Shown here: positions 49,830-61,287 of the stretch, piece by piece | How positions within the stretch are numbered: the stretch's first letter is position 1 | Layout: every line of letters starts with the position of its first letter | Assembly: GCA_030770535.1 (NCBI GenBank) | Contig: JASVEC010000014.1 | Span: 186,001 to 250,000 of the forward strand | From: Batkoa obscura | Lineage: Eukaryota | Direction: 5' to 3' | DNA length: 64,000 nt | Program-made: the position numbers and the translations under genes | Notes under the pieces: generated by a model | Database searches by the model: none | What the model was told of the DNA's origin: nothing | Seen by the model: the letters and a program-made list of their open reading frames with translations, nothing else

Positions 49830-49937
49830 ACATGAAGACATACATTTTTTTTAAAGAATTTTACTAACAATGTTTCTGCTCAAATAGGGCTCAAGAAAAT
49901 GGAAAAAGTGATGAAACTAAAAAGAACATTCCTATGT
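49830..49937 (+). mobile_element. Diverged MITE family copy
   Basis: Core AAGAATTTTACTAACAATGTTTCTGCTCAAATAG...GGAAAAAGTGATGAAAC; flanks ACAT/ATGT. Confidence 0.78.
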
Positions 49938-50014
49938 TTTATTATGGGAAATAAATAAAGTATGATGAAAGTTTATAAAATGATACAGAATGAGTGTTAA
50001 AAATAATCATCATT

Positions 50015-51745
50015 TTAAGCATCTATATTATCCTTTAAAGAGTCTTCAATAATTTCAATCAGTTTTAAATTATAGTCACACATTTTTATAATTGAGGGCA
50101 CTCTAAACAAAGGTCTTAAAAATTCTTTTCCTTTCTGAATATATGCCATCGTCTCTTCTTGGCCCTCTCCATATCGCAACATAAAAACTAAGCAGGTAGA
50201 TACAAGGGCGCAGTTGAGAGTAAGGCTATATTTATGTGAATTTATAGTCGCACTATCAATCACTGAGTAACATTTATTGAGTACAATTTTGATACATTTT
50301 AATGCATTTATATCACTATTTTTACCAGCTGTACCTTCCCTAAATTCATAGACCTTTTTCTCCATAGATAAAGTGAATTGGATTGAATAAATATAATAAT
50401 TAGTGTGGTGGAAGTAATATGTAATGCAATTTTGGTAGTCTTTAATAGTAGATATTAACTTTTGATTCTCTGAATTTATTAAAATATCATTCATAATCCT
50501 AATATACTTTTCTTTAGTTGCAACTATTTTGAATGCAAGTTTCTGTAAGATGGCACAAAATTTTACTTGATCTTTGTTTTCAATTATTTTTTTTTCTTTG
50601 ATTAATCGTAAATCAAAAAATATAGTACTTATTATATAATAAAATTCGTGTAATTTTAAAAAGCAATATTGCTGAACGTCCCTATCATCTTTGCTAAAAT
50701 CAAAAGGGTATTGACAAAATTTACTTTTGAAATGTTCATCTAATTTTTTCAACTCCAGTGGAAGCATGGGCTCAGCAACGTAGGACCCGAAACTCAATAA
50801 TGTTCCAGTATAGTATGAGTTTAACAAGCAATAAGTGTAAACGCGTCCAGCGTTAACCTCTTTAGATAAATGCCTTGATGGCTGATTTAGTCCGATTGTA
50901 AATGACATTCTATAACAATGAAATAAGAGGAATTCTTTAAGACAACCAACCCAAGGTATATAAGCTATTCCACTAATAATTATAAGTATGGTTTGGATGC
51001 TTTCTAAACTTGGCTTGATCCGAGGAACTTTTGAAGCGAATTCATAAAGCTTTCCTTCAAAATATTGAATTAAATCTTTTACAATTTTGGTTTGCTCCAT
51101 ACATATAAGACCGCTCATAAGGATAGCCGATTTCAAATTGAAGGAACATGAGAGAAAGTTAAATCTTGTTTCATCAAATAAGGGAAATATTTTGTTGCTG
51201 AATTCGAAATAGCTTATTATAGCTTGCTTTATAATTGGACCAATATTAAACTTATCTTCTTTTGGCACTTTGGGTGTAAATGTTAATTTCTTAGGTTTAA
51301 AGGTTAAGAGACCCAGCTTATCTGTTAACGCAATGAAAAGATTTAAGCCTTTACTAGGGAAAAACGGGGAAGGGTTTTGGATAAAGTTTAATAAATTTTC
51401 CAACAATAATTTTCTTTGAAATTTGTTAAAGATTCCAACGACGTTATATGAAAAATCATAATCCTTGGGTACTTTTAACAACTGATGTTTACATTTTTTG
51501 GTCTGAGGATGTTTTATGTCTACTTCTTTTATATAAACAAAACTAATTTTTGGGATAACTTTAGGTTCGGAATCGGGTGAATACTTTTTTGACCCATTTT
51601 TATAACCTCCCTTATGATAAATGACTTCTCTATTGAAAGTACATTTTGTATATCTTTTTTTACACCTTGAGCACTGAGGTAGTAGTCTATCACATTTAAC
51701 ATGACTTGCAACACATTGGTCACATCGATGTTCTCTTTTATCCAT
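50015..51745 (-). CDS. Zn(II)2Cys6 fungal transcription factor, intronless
   Basis: CDQCVASHVKCDRLLPQCSRCKKRYTKC; middle homology-like region YFEFSNKIFPLFD...PSLESIQTI...MSFTIGLN. Confidence 0.9.
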   Translation of the reverse strand: MDKREHRCDQCVASHVKCDRLLPQCSRCKKRYTKCTFNREVIYHKGGYKNGSKKYSPDSEPKVIPKISFVYIKEVDIKHPQTKKCKHQLLKVPKDYDFSYNVVGIFNKFQRKLLLENLLNFIQNPSPFFPSKGLNLFIALTDKLGLLTFKPKKLTFTPKVPKEDKFNIGPIIKQAIISYFEFSNKIFPLFDETRFNFLSCSFNLKSAILMSGLICMEQTKIVKDLIQYFEGKLYEFASKVPRIKPSLESIQTILIIISGIAYIPWVGCLKEFLLFHCYRMSFTIGLNQPSRHLSKEVNAGRVYTYCLLNSYYTGTLLSFGSYVAEPMLPLELKKLDEHFKSKFCQYPFDFSKDDRDVQQYCFLKLHEFYYIISTIFFDLRLIKEKKIIENKDQVKFCAILQKLAFKIVATKEKYIRIMNDILINSENQKLISTIKDYQNCITYYFHHTNYYIYSIQFTLSMEKKVYEFREGTAGKNSDINALKCIKIVLNKCYSVIDSATINSHKYSLTLNCALVSTCLVFMLRYGEGQEETMAYIQKGKEFLRPLFRVPSIIKMCDYNLKLIEIIEDSLKDNIDA

Positions 51746-53740
51746 ATTTAAATTATTATTATTTTCAGCAAATTTAAATAATATAGGAAAGTAAAAGTTC
51801 TTATATATATGATACTATACAAACTTATTTAGTAGCCAATGAAAAAAAAACCTTAGTTACAATAAAATTGTAGCATAAAAAATTCATATTCATGGTAGAG
51901 CTAGCCAATAAATCGAAAAAATTACTCAAAACAAACAGAATTGCTATCATGAATAACAATGGGAACATCTTAATATAGTATTATGTCCGATTTATTTATG
52001 AGCTTACACAACATTTATTTAATAAATACCAAAGTCAATCTATTACCAAATCATCCAGCTTATAAATTCTTTAACGAAATCAGGTGTTATTATCACAGCT
52101 CTTGAATTTGCTAGAATTGGTTAAGTTTAATTCAACTTCAATATCCAATTTATCAAAACTATCTAAAAATAACTTTTAAATTTATTAACAAAATAATAGA
52201 TACTTTTAGTTCTAATATAATAACATAAAAAATATAATTGTTGTATATTTATACTTATCTTTAAAGGGTTTATAATGTACGTTTAATTTTAACAACCATG
52301 TGTATATCACCAAACCTCATTCTGATAAGCTTCAAGTCCACCTTGAGCTTACTTCCTTTAAATTACCTTTTTCTTTTAAAGGTTTTTCGTTTCGATGATA
52401 AAAGTTATAAGAACAAACAGAATGCGAATTTGATTTATTTAAAATATTTAAAATCTATAAAATGAACTTAAATTACTATAAAATAAATAATGTTTTATTA
52501 AAATTTCCATTTTTATCTATGGGAACTATAAATAAAGGTGCTGCAATTAATCAGCAAAGATAAAAATAAAAATAATTGATAAATCAAATATATTCATATC
52601 GAAACAAATGAGTGGCTAAATATTAGTCAACATTCTTTAGCCTTACTACTTATAGCATTTTCTGTAAATACTCTTTATTTTACTCCCATTATTTTGACGC
52701 TGTTATAGTATTCAGCTATATAGGTACTACCTATATACTTTTTATTAATGTTATTTTTATTGATTGATGAAATTTAAACTATACTTTTGTTGAAAAGCTT
52801 GATACACAAAAGTACCATCATATTAGATATTTAGCCTAAATAATCCAATCTGAAATGCTGAGACGACCTCTGAATTCCTGTGAATCGGTTTATTCAAGGT
52901 TCTTCCTGTTGTTTAATTTTAATTTAGTTCTTTTATCTTATTTTGACCAAATAAATCATTACGAGCTTTAGCTTTTCAGGAAGTTTTATTGAAAAAAATA
53001 CTGAGACCAGACTGCCGCAAAAGGCATTGATCTAGAATTTGGTTAGTTTTCTGTAGTTTTTACATTAACTCCAAATTAAAACTTATTAAAAAAATGTATG
53101 GAAACAAGGATGAGTTTACAATAAAGCACAAAGAAGTAAGTTTTTGCTTTACATAATATGGAATGAAAATGAGATGTTAGGGTATTATTTGTTCTAGCCC
53201 TTTTATATCAGAAATAAGATCTATATCTAGTAATGATAATCGATACAAAGCTTCATTTAAAAATAGCTGGATATATCTTTAAAGGACTTTGCTTTAGGAT
53301 CAATGGGTAGTATGTCTTTTTACACTTATCTTTATACAAGTATCAAACAGGATTTATTGTATAACAAATATCTATTTTATATATACAAAAATTAATCTAG
53401 AGTACTCTTAATTCAAATTATCATATTATTAATTCCGATTTTTTCTTTTAATGTTTCATATGAGCTTTAAGATTTATTCGATAATTTAAGAAAAAAGTCA
53501 AGAATATTTTAATCATGTTAAAGAATATTGATATTAAAAATATTTTAAAGATTAAAGTAAAATTTTGATTTTATAAAAGCACTATTACTATACTATCAGT
53601 ACCTTACGTATTAATTTACATTCAATATTAATATGATACGAAATTTTAGCAGTTATCATTTTTATGAAATTCTGCACTTTGACTTGTATTTTGTCACTAT
53701 TAATTAAGTCATAATAAATAGGTAAAGCACAAGACAATTG

Positions 53741-53845
53741 ATATGGGGATATATTTTTGTATTTAAGAATTTTACTAACAATTTTTCCACTCAAATAGCA
53801 CTTAAAAGGTGAAAAAAACAATGAAGCCAAAAAACATCCCCATAT
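53741..53845 (+). mobile_element. 99-bp MITE family copy
   Basis: ATAT-GGGGATAT...AAAACATCCCC-ATAT. Confidence 0.92.
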
Positions 53846-54225
53846 CATTAAGTCGAATTGGTATATAAAGAATTACATACAAGCTAAATCTCACAGTAAA
53901 ACAATCGATTATCACGATTAAGCCCTTTATATTTGCTTAGTACAGTGTATTGAGGTGATGCTATATAAGAATTAAAGTATAAGTAACCAACCTATTATCA
54001 TATTAAATATTTAACTAATACAAACACAAGACACAAATATAAAAAAAAGATATCAGACCATTGACTTAAACTTGTGTAGCTTGCTTTATATTAAACGTAG
54101 TTAACTCTATTTATAAATTCCAAAGCTAAAAGCTTTACATATAAAATATATATCGCTATCAAAATGATACTATCAATTTTTAAAAATAGGCTGATTTTTG
54201 TTTTACATGTATTTTAAATTTAAAC

Positions 54226-54330
54226 ATATACGGTTGTTTTTTTAGTTTTATCACTTTCTTCATTTTTTAAGCACTATTTGAACGGAAAGATTGTTAGTAA
54301 AATTCTTAATTAAAGAATACATTCCCATAT
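54226..54330 (-). mobile_element. 99-bp MITE family copy
   Basis: ATAT...AAGCACTATTTGAACGGAAAGATTGTTAGTAAAATTCTT...ACATTCCC-ATAT. Confidence 0.85.
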
Positions 54331-54897
54331 AACATAATTTTTGAGTATAGCAAAATATTTCTAATACAATTCAGGCTCTATAAATGATAATGAACAATTG
54401 ATATTTTAGTCATTAAATAATCCATATTCTACTAGATTTTAATAAAATCCAATTTACTTAATTTGGATATAGTGCAAATTAATATTGGAATTGATTTTTG
54501 CTATTTTGATGAAATAACAGAGTTTTCATAAATGATTTTTTTGGTTTCAAAAGAGTAGTTATACTTTCAAGTGTTTATTATAGCTTGTTAAACCCTTAAG
54601 ACATTGAAGTGGGTGACTGGATGGTTAGGATCTATTTACCCTGTTTATTTACTAAAGAGCAACCTTTTGTCCAAAAAATAGCACTTACATTTATAAAACT
54701 TTTTATTTTATGTTTTATCATTATAGTAAAAAAAGCTAAATCATTGCATTTTGTGAAGTTTATAAATAGTAATATCCGATAAAACTAAATAAACAATTAC
54801 TTTTTTAAAAAAAGCACTTTAATGACCAAAAATAGCACTTATTTTAAAACATTATAAAAAAATTAAAAACAAGAACAAAAAGTATGAAAAACAAAGT

Positions 54898-55020
54898 ATA
54901 TGGGGATAGGTTTTTTTGTTTAAGAATTTTACTACAATCTTTCCACTCAAATAGCGCTTAAAAAATGGAAAAATAATAAAACCAAAAAAAACAGCCCCAT
55001 ATATATATATATATATATAT
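54898..55020 (+). mobile_element. MITE copy whose right flank runs into (AT)11
   Basis: ATAT + 54902-54998 followed by ATATATATATATATATATATAT (54999-55020). Confidence 0.88.
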
Positions 55021-56121
55021 CACATTTTAGTTAAGCATCTAAATAAAAGAGATAGATTTATAGGTGCTATAGAATGCTGCTCTGACTTGCCCAAATTGCT
55101 TACTATTTGTTTCACCCTCTAGTTTCAAACTTTCTCTCAAGTGATGAGGACTTATATCTTGGTCGCAGAGATCCAGGTAGCCCTATTCTTACTGCATAAA
55201 GCTCTAAGGTAATGGCATTCCTATCCCAATCTATGTTACTTCCTCTTCAATATATGTATGCATTAATATACATAAACCTGAAAAGATGTTAGTCAGATAT
55301 ATGTTGACCCAGTCTAAAGTACATACGTTTAAGGTAAAGTACCTTACAGTAATTATATAATTTGTCTCTCGCCTTTATATTCCTTTACTTTGCCCTTCGA
55401 ACTTCACTTTCAGTACTCGGCTCATTCTTTTCAATTTTTCCAAAATCCACATCTACAAATAACATACTTGGAGAGCCTTTGGCTTTTATAAGATTTCACA
55501 TAAAAATTATTTTGTAACAAAGTGGATACAATGTATAAATCGAGTAGTTTAATAGATAATCGATTATTTTTTAATGGGTTTGTTTTTAAACTATTAGCTT
55601 ATAAAGATAAAGAATATAATTTACTATTATAGAAACAGAACAAAAATTACAAAGTTATAGTATATAGTTTATTAGCTTCTGTTCTGGTATTTTTTGTATT
55701 TAAATTAGAGTATATTTTAATAGTGATACGAAAAGTGACTTTTTGAAATTTTAAAGTTTAGTTTGTATAATAAAATCTGCTATTCAATCATAACTTAAAA
55801 GCCCAACTACAAAAACAATGAGCTATAGCTTTTCAATAAGCAGTAAATAAGTATATCAATTAAAGAAAGCTTATATTGTAGCAAAATAAAATGTATAACA
55901 TAGTTCTACAAAATAGGGTGCCGTTATATAGCCAAGTTGCCCAAAAACAATCTGTAATAAATTTGAAGTTCTAAAGTTTTTCCTAGAATTTAGTTGCATC
56001 ATAAAACTTGGAGTAACTATGAAATCAAATTCAGTAGCCAATGAGAATAAGAATAAACCTTAACGTAGCTTATAAATTTCCAACCTTTAATTTGATAATT
56101 GCATTTTAATCTTGCCATAAA

Positions 56122-58271
56122 ATGGAGTATATCTTAAGCTATATAATCTCGTTTGTATTAGGTGGTATCATTGGGGCGCCAATTCTATTGTATTATGGGT
56201 ATACCATATTGGACAATGTAGTAAATAAGAAAGAGCCTGTAAATTTGGATATTGAGGATGGTAAGTATATTTTGATTAAACATGCATAAATATGTAAATT
56301 CTGATTAACTAGATAAGTTTGAATTTGAAGATACGGACTCGGAATTAGTAACGAAAGTGGGGTGGATACATGTATTACATCACGAAAAAGAGCTAGGTTT
56401 GCCAAATAATAATAATCTAAGCGGAATACTAAGTTCAAGTCTAAGCTCATTATTGGAAAGAAGAAATCCACATAACACTAAGAGGGATAAGCATAGTTGC
56501 TATGGGGTATTGAAAAAAGATCAACTTTTGATTTATGAAAGCGGTAATAGGGTAGAATGCCGTGGAGCTATTCTGTTATCAGAGTATCAAGTACTCCTTT
56601 ACCCTGATAATTTAATGGATAACGAAGTATTTAAGAAGATTCATCCTATTCATTTGAAACATGTCGATAGTGTAAGTAATGAAGTAAGTGAAAATAGTAG
56701 TGATAGCGGAGATAATGGAGAAGAGGAGAAAGTCATTGATGGCTCAGTTGGTGAAGTTGATAAACAGGAGGTTAAAAAAGAAACCAAGTTTGAGGAATAT
56801 TTTATTTATTTAGATTCTTCAGTTGAAAAGGAAAGTTGGTTTATCTGCTTATTGAAAGCATCAAAGTTAAACAAAAATATCAAAGAAAGAGAAACCTTAT
56901 ATGTTGATAAAACCGCAATCAATTCTTTAATTAATACTTTAGACTCAAGTTCAGTCCATTTACAAACAAAATGGCTAAATGCATTATTAGGTAAATATTT
57001 AATATAAATTTAGGCTGGAGCTTAAAACAACAATGCATACTTTTTATATCATATATATCTGTTTGGATCATTTATTAATATTTAAATTAGGTAGGGTATT
57101 TTTAGGCATATATAAAACAGACAAAGTGAAAGAGTATTTTATAAATAAAATAAAGACAAAAACAACGAAAGTGAAGAAGCCAGGGTTTCTAGGGGAGATA
57201 TTAGTTAGAGATTTAAAAGTGGGGGATAGTATACCATATATAACAAATCCAAAATTAATCAATTTGAACAAAGAAGGAGAATTGAGTATAGAAATGGATT
57301 TACAGTATAATGGAGGGTTTTTAGCAGAAATTGAAACAATTGCTAACATACAGGTTACAAGCAAATTAAAAGCAATCTTAATCAAGCTCCTGCTAACCGT
57401 TAAGTTAAAGCATTTAAGTGGCAAAATTTTATTAAGAATTAAACCTCCGCCTACAAATCGATTTTGGATTGGATTTTACCAGCTACCGAAAATGGATTTG
57501 GAAATTGAACCTATGGTGTCAGACACTCAAATCAAATCTTCAATGATTATATCTGCTATCGAAAAAAGAATTGTAGACCAAATCAAAGAAAGTTTAGTAT
57601 TACCTAATATGGATGACTATTGCTTTTTTCCATCGCATGGTAGTGGGGGTATATTTGATAATATGAACCTTTACCAAGATGAAACTGAAGAAGAAGTTAT
57701 TGAAGATGATAACAATTCAATTATAAATAATGAAAGCGATGGTAATAGTAAAGAATCAAATAGTGCTAGCACTGCTGTCAATGCCATTGAAAAAGAAGAG
57801 ACTATCTCAGCCGTTGAAGACAAACCGAATGGGTCAAGCCCAAGTTTATCACCGATAAAAATAAAGAATTTGAAAGAAAAATTACAATCTGCAGTAAGCC
57901 ATAGCCATCCCAGTAGTCAAGCTAGTAGTCATAGTAATCCATCCTTAAGTTTAAATGAAGATGCTGGTTCTGCTAATCAAAGTAAAACCAATACAAATAA
58001 CTTTAGTGAACGTTTAAAGAATTATTTTGGAAGTAAAAAGAAGAACACAATTTATAACAATCCAAACTCAAGTAATTCAATGCCAGACTTAAATAATGAG
58101 GACAAAAAAATACAAAAGAGTAATTCTTTGTATACTGAATTTGAAGGCCCCTCTTCCTCTATCCAACTGCCCCCAAAAGCGGCATTGGACGCTGAAGGCG
58201 ATTCTTTTAGAAAAAGAAAGTTTATACCAACTCAAACGGTAAAAGTTAGTTCGCAGCCCTTTTTATCTTAA
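56122..58271 (+). CDS. NVJ2: NVJ2/TEX2-like membrane contact site lipid-transfer protein (TM, PH-like, SMP domain)
   Basis: N-terminal TM (YIISFVLGGIIGAPILLYY); PH-like region with EKESWF; TKWLNALLGRVFL after splicing; SMP motif IKPPPTNRFWIGF...ESLVLPNMDD; introns at ~56261 and ~56992. Confidence 0.9.
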
Positions 58272-58634
58272 TTTTTTGGCCATGTTATGTTTATGTATCT
58301 TTTTAGTTTATGTTCACTTGTTTTAGTTTATTAAAGTAAACTCTATTATTATTTATTATTGTCATAATGTTAGAAGTTTATTACTATCAAGTTTTTACTT
58401 ATGCTTAGTTAAAAAGTTTAACTAAGATTACATTTGCCTACTACAGGCATATAACGTTTTAGTTTTATTATGATATTTAAATATTATTTATATAACGCAA
58501 ACTAGGGCTATTTGGTAACAAGTATTTTTTCATATTCAAACTTTTTTAACATCAAACTTTTTTATCTCTACTATATTTAAAAATAAAACTACAGTAAAAT
58601 GATCCGATTTAAACTATTCATTAGTATAGACATC

Positions 58635-58735
58635 ATATGAGGATTTTTTTTTAAACAATGTTACTAACGATCTTTCTGCTCAAATAATGCTTGAAAAATG
58701 AAAAAAGTGATGAAACTAAAAAAACATCCTCATAT
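58635..58735 (+). mobile_element. MITE family copy (small internal deletion)
   Basis: ATAT-GAGGATTTT...AAAACATCCTC-ATAT. Confidence 0.85.
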
Positions 58736-59423
58736 AGTCGAATATTAGTTATAACCAAGTAATATTAATAAATTTACTTTCCGAAATTAATATTTGTTCA
58801 AGAGACTAATTAGGAATATGCTACATAATAATTTAATTGCTTTAATAATTTATAAAATTGCAATTATTAGTTTTCATGGTGCTAATTAATTACAATACTG
58901 AAGCTGAAAAGTTCAAATTTTTAATTTAATGGATTCGAAAATCATACAGTTTTTGTTTTAATAGATATATCTTTATAGCGCTAATACATCTTTCATTTTA
59001 AAACAAAATAATTCAGTTTATTATATAATAAAATTGCAGAATATCTTTTACTAAAATACTATAAACCTCCCAAAAACTAAAAAAGCGGTAATGTGCTCAT
59101 TCAAATAAAGCAACACCACTACCAAAAAGCAGGGAATTTCACCTTACAAGTAATGTAACAAAAAAGGATAATCAGCAAAGAAAGGGCAAGTCAACATTTG
59201 ATTGGCAGTTAAAAACAAAAAGTAAGAATATTAAAAACTCAAAAAGATCAAAAAGAGTCAACATTAAAAAAAATAACTTTGTTGTTTACTTATGCATCTC
59301 TAAATCAAGCTTAAACTCCCTTTTTGTTTTTTACTTTTCAAACACAACATTTGAAATTCAACACACATATTAAAATTAACGCTCAATCACAATCACTTGC
59401 ATTCAATTATCAACTTATAAAAC

Positions 59424-60783
59424 ATGAAATTATTATCCGATAAAACATTTAGGTAATACATCCTCATCTCAAGCCTGAAATTTTAGGACCATCTATTTTG
59501 ATTTGAATCTTAATTTTAATTGATTGAATAGACTTAAAGACTTTCGTGCAAATCAAAAATTGTTAGGCGAAGGTACGTATGGTGTTGTATACTCAGCCAA
59601 GGGAAAAAAGGATGGTAAAATATATGCCATTAAAAAATCTTTTGTATACAAAGAAGACGATGGGATACCACAATCAGCTTTGAGAGAAATTAGCTCATTG
59701 AAAAAATTAGCACATCCTAATATTGTATCGTAAGTAGTTAAAATATGCTTTCGAATAGTTCAGCTAATATTTATATAGCCTTATAAGTATCAGATACCTC
59801 TTCCGTGAGCTTTATCTTGTGTTCGAAAGGTTGCCTCAGGATTTATCCATGCTAATCAAGAATGCTGATCCTTACATTGGTATTCCTCAAAAATCTATTA
59901 AGGTAACTTAGTTCATATTTAAAATTTGATTGATGATAATAACTAATATTTAGATCTTTATGTTAGATATAGCTAAAGGCCTGAATCATATCCACTCTCA
60001 TGGGTTTGTACATCGTGATTTGAAACCAGGAAATATATTAATTGATGCCCAAGGTAGACTCAAGATTGGTGACTTTGGTTTAATGAGACGTAAGATGTCA
60101 AAGGAAAGAAAATATACTCAAGAAGTAATATTGATTATTGCATCAATTTTGTAATAAATTAACATAGCTATAAGGTGGTTACTCTTGGCTATAGAGCTCC
60201 TGAAGCTTTACTTGAGACTACAAAACATGATGCTTCACTTGATATTTGGAGTATGGGTTGTATATTTGCTGAACTATTTTTATTAACACCATTGTTTAAA
60301 GGTAATTAGAACAACTATAATAACTATAATAACTATACAAATAAGAATAACAATTTAAATATTAATTTAGCTGAAAATGCTGATGGACACTTAGATTTAA
60401 TTTTTAAGTAAGAAAAATTAATTGGGAAACTCAATAAACATTGATTATTTATTTTAGAACACTTGGTATTCCAACTGAAGCTACTTGGCCTGGAGTTACT
60501 AACTTCGAAAAGTTCCAAAAGTATATCCATAATACTTACAGACCACAGGGTCTTCATAACGCTTGTCCAAATATGACTGAAGAAGTTAGAGAAATTCTTG
60601 AGGTATGGTTCATTTTATATGGTAGTGTAATTTAGATTATTGACTTTACAATTGTAGGAAATCTTAGTTTGTAACCCAAAAAGAAGGATGAAAGGCACAC
60701 AGTTTGTTTCTTTACCTTATTTTGCTATTGAAGAAGACCACGTATATCATAGGCTAGTTAGGATGCCTAGATTTAGCAAATAA
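59424..60783 (+). CDS. Divergent cyclin-dependent kinase (CDK1/2-like), multi-exon
   Basis: [74 protein letters not shown]; stop TAA at 60781-83. Confidence 0.9.
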
Positions 60784-61181
60784 GTTGGTAAAGTCTTACT
60801 AAGATAGTTTAACTGTGGATTAAATAGCTTACGGATAATGTTTATTTTAGTAAGCATTTGGTTGATTATAATGTGATAAAAATTTGTATTTATTTCTTTT
60901 AATTATGCTATATTCTTTATAATTTTATTTTATAAAAAATTGTTGCTAAACCAATTTGACTTAAACTGAAATTTGACTTTATATATTTGTTAAATGACTT
61001 TTTGAAATTTTTTGGATATCACGACTTTATTAATAAATTAATAGTTAATACTAACTAAAACCAAAAGGGAAATGAGCTGTGGTTAATGTTAGAGCTACAG
61101 GCTCTGATAAATGTGAGAAGTTAATAGGAGACTTAGAGATAGAGAAAGGATCTAACCATGAAAGGCAATTGATGTTACTGC

Positions 61182-61287
61182 ATATGGAGATGGTTTTTTT
61201 GGCTTCACTACCTTTTCCATCTTTTAGGCACTATTTAAGTGGAAAAGTTGTTAGTAAAGTTCTTAATACAAAAATATATTCCCATAT
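61182..61287 (-). mobile_element. 99-bp MITE family copy
   Basis: ATAT-GGAGATGG...ATATATTCCC-ATAT. Confidence 0.88.

Noticed and set aside
54671..54853. Short direct repeat CCAAAAA(A)TAGCACTTA at ~54671 and ~54826
   Set aside because: Too short and low-complexity to call LTRs or an element.
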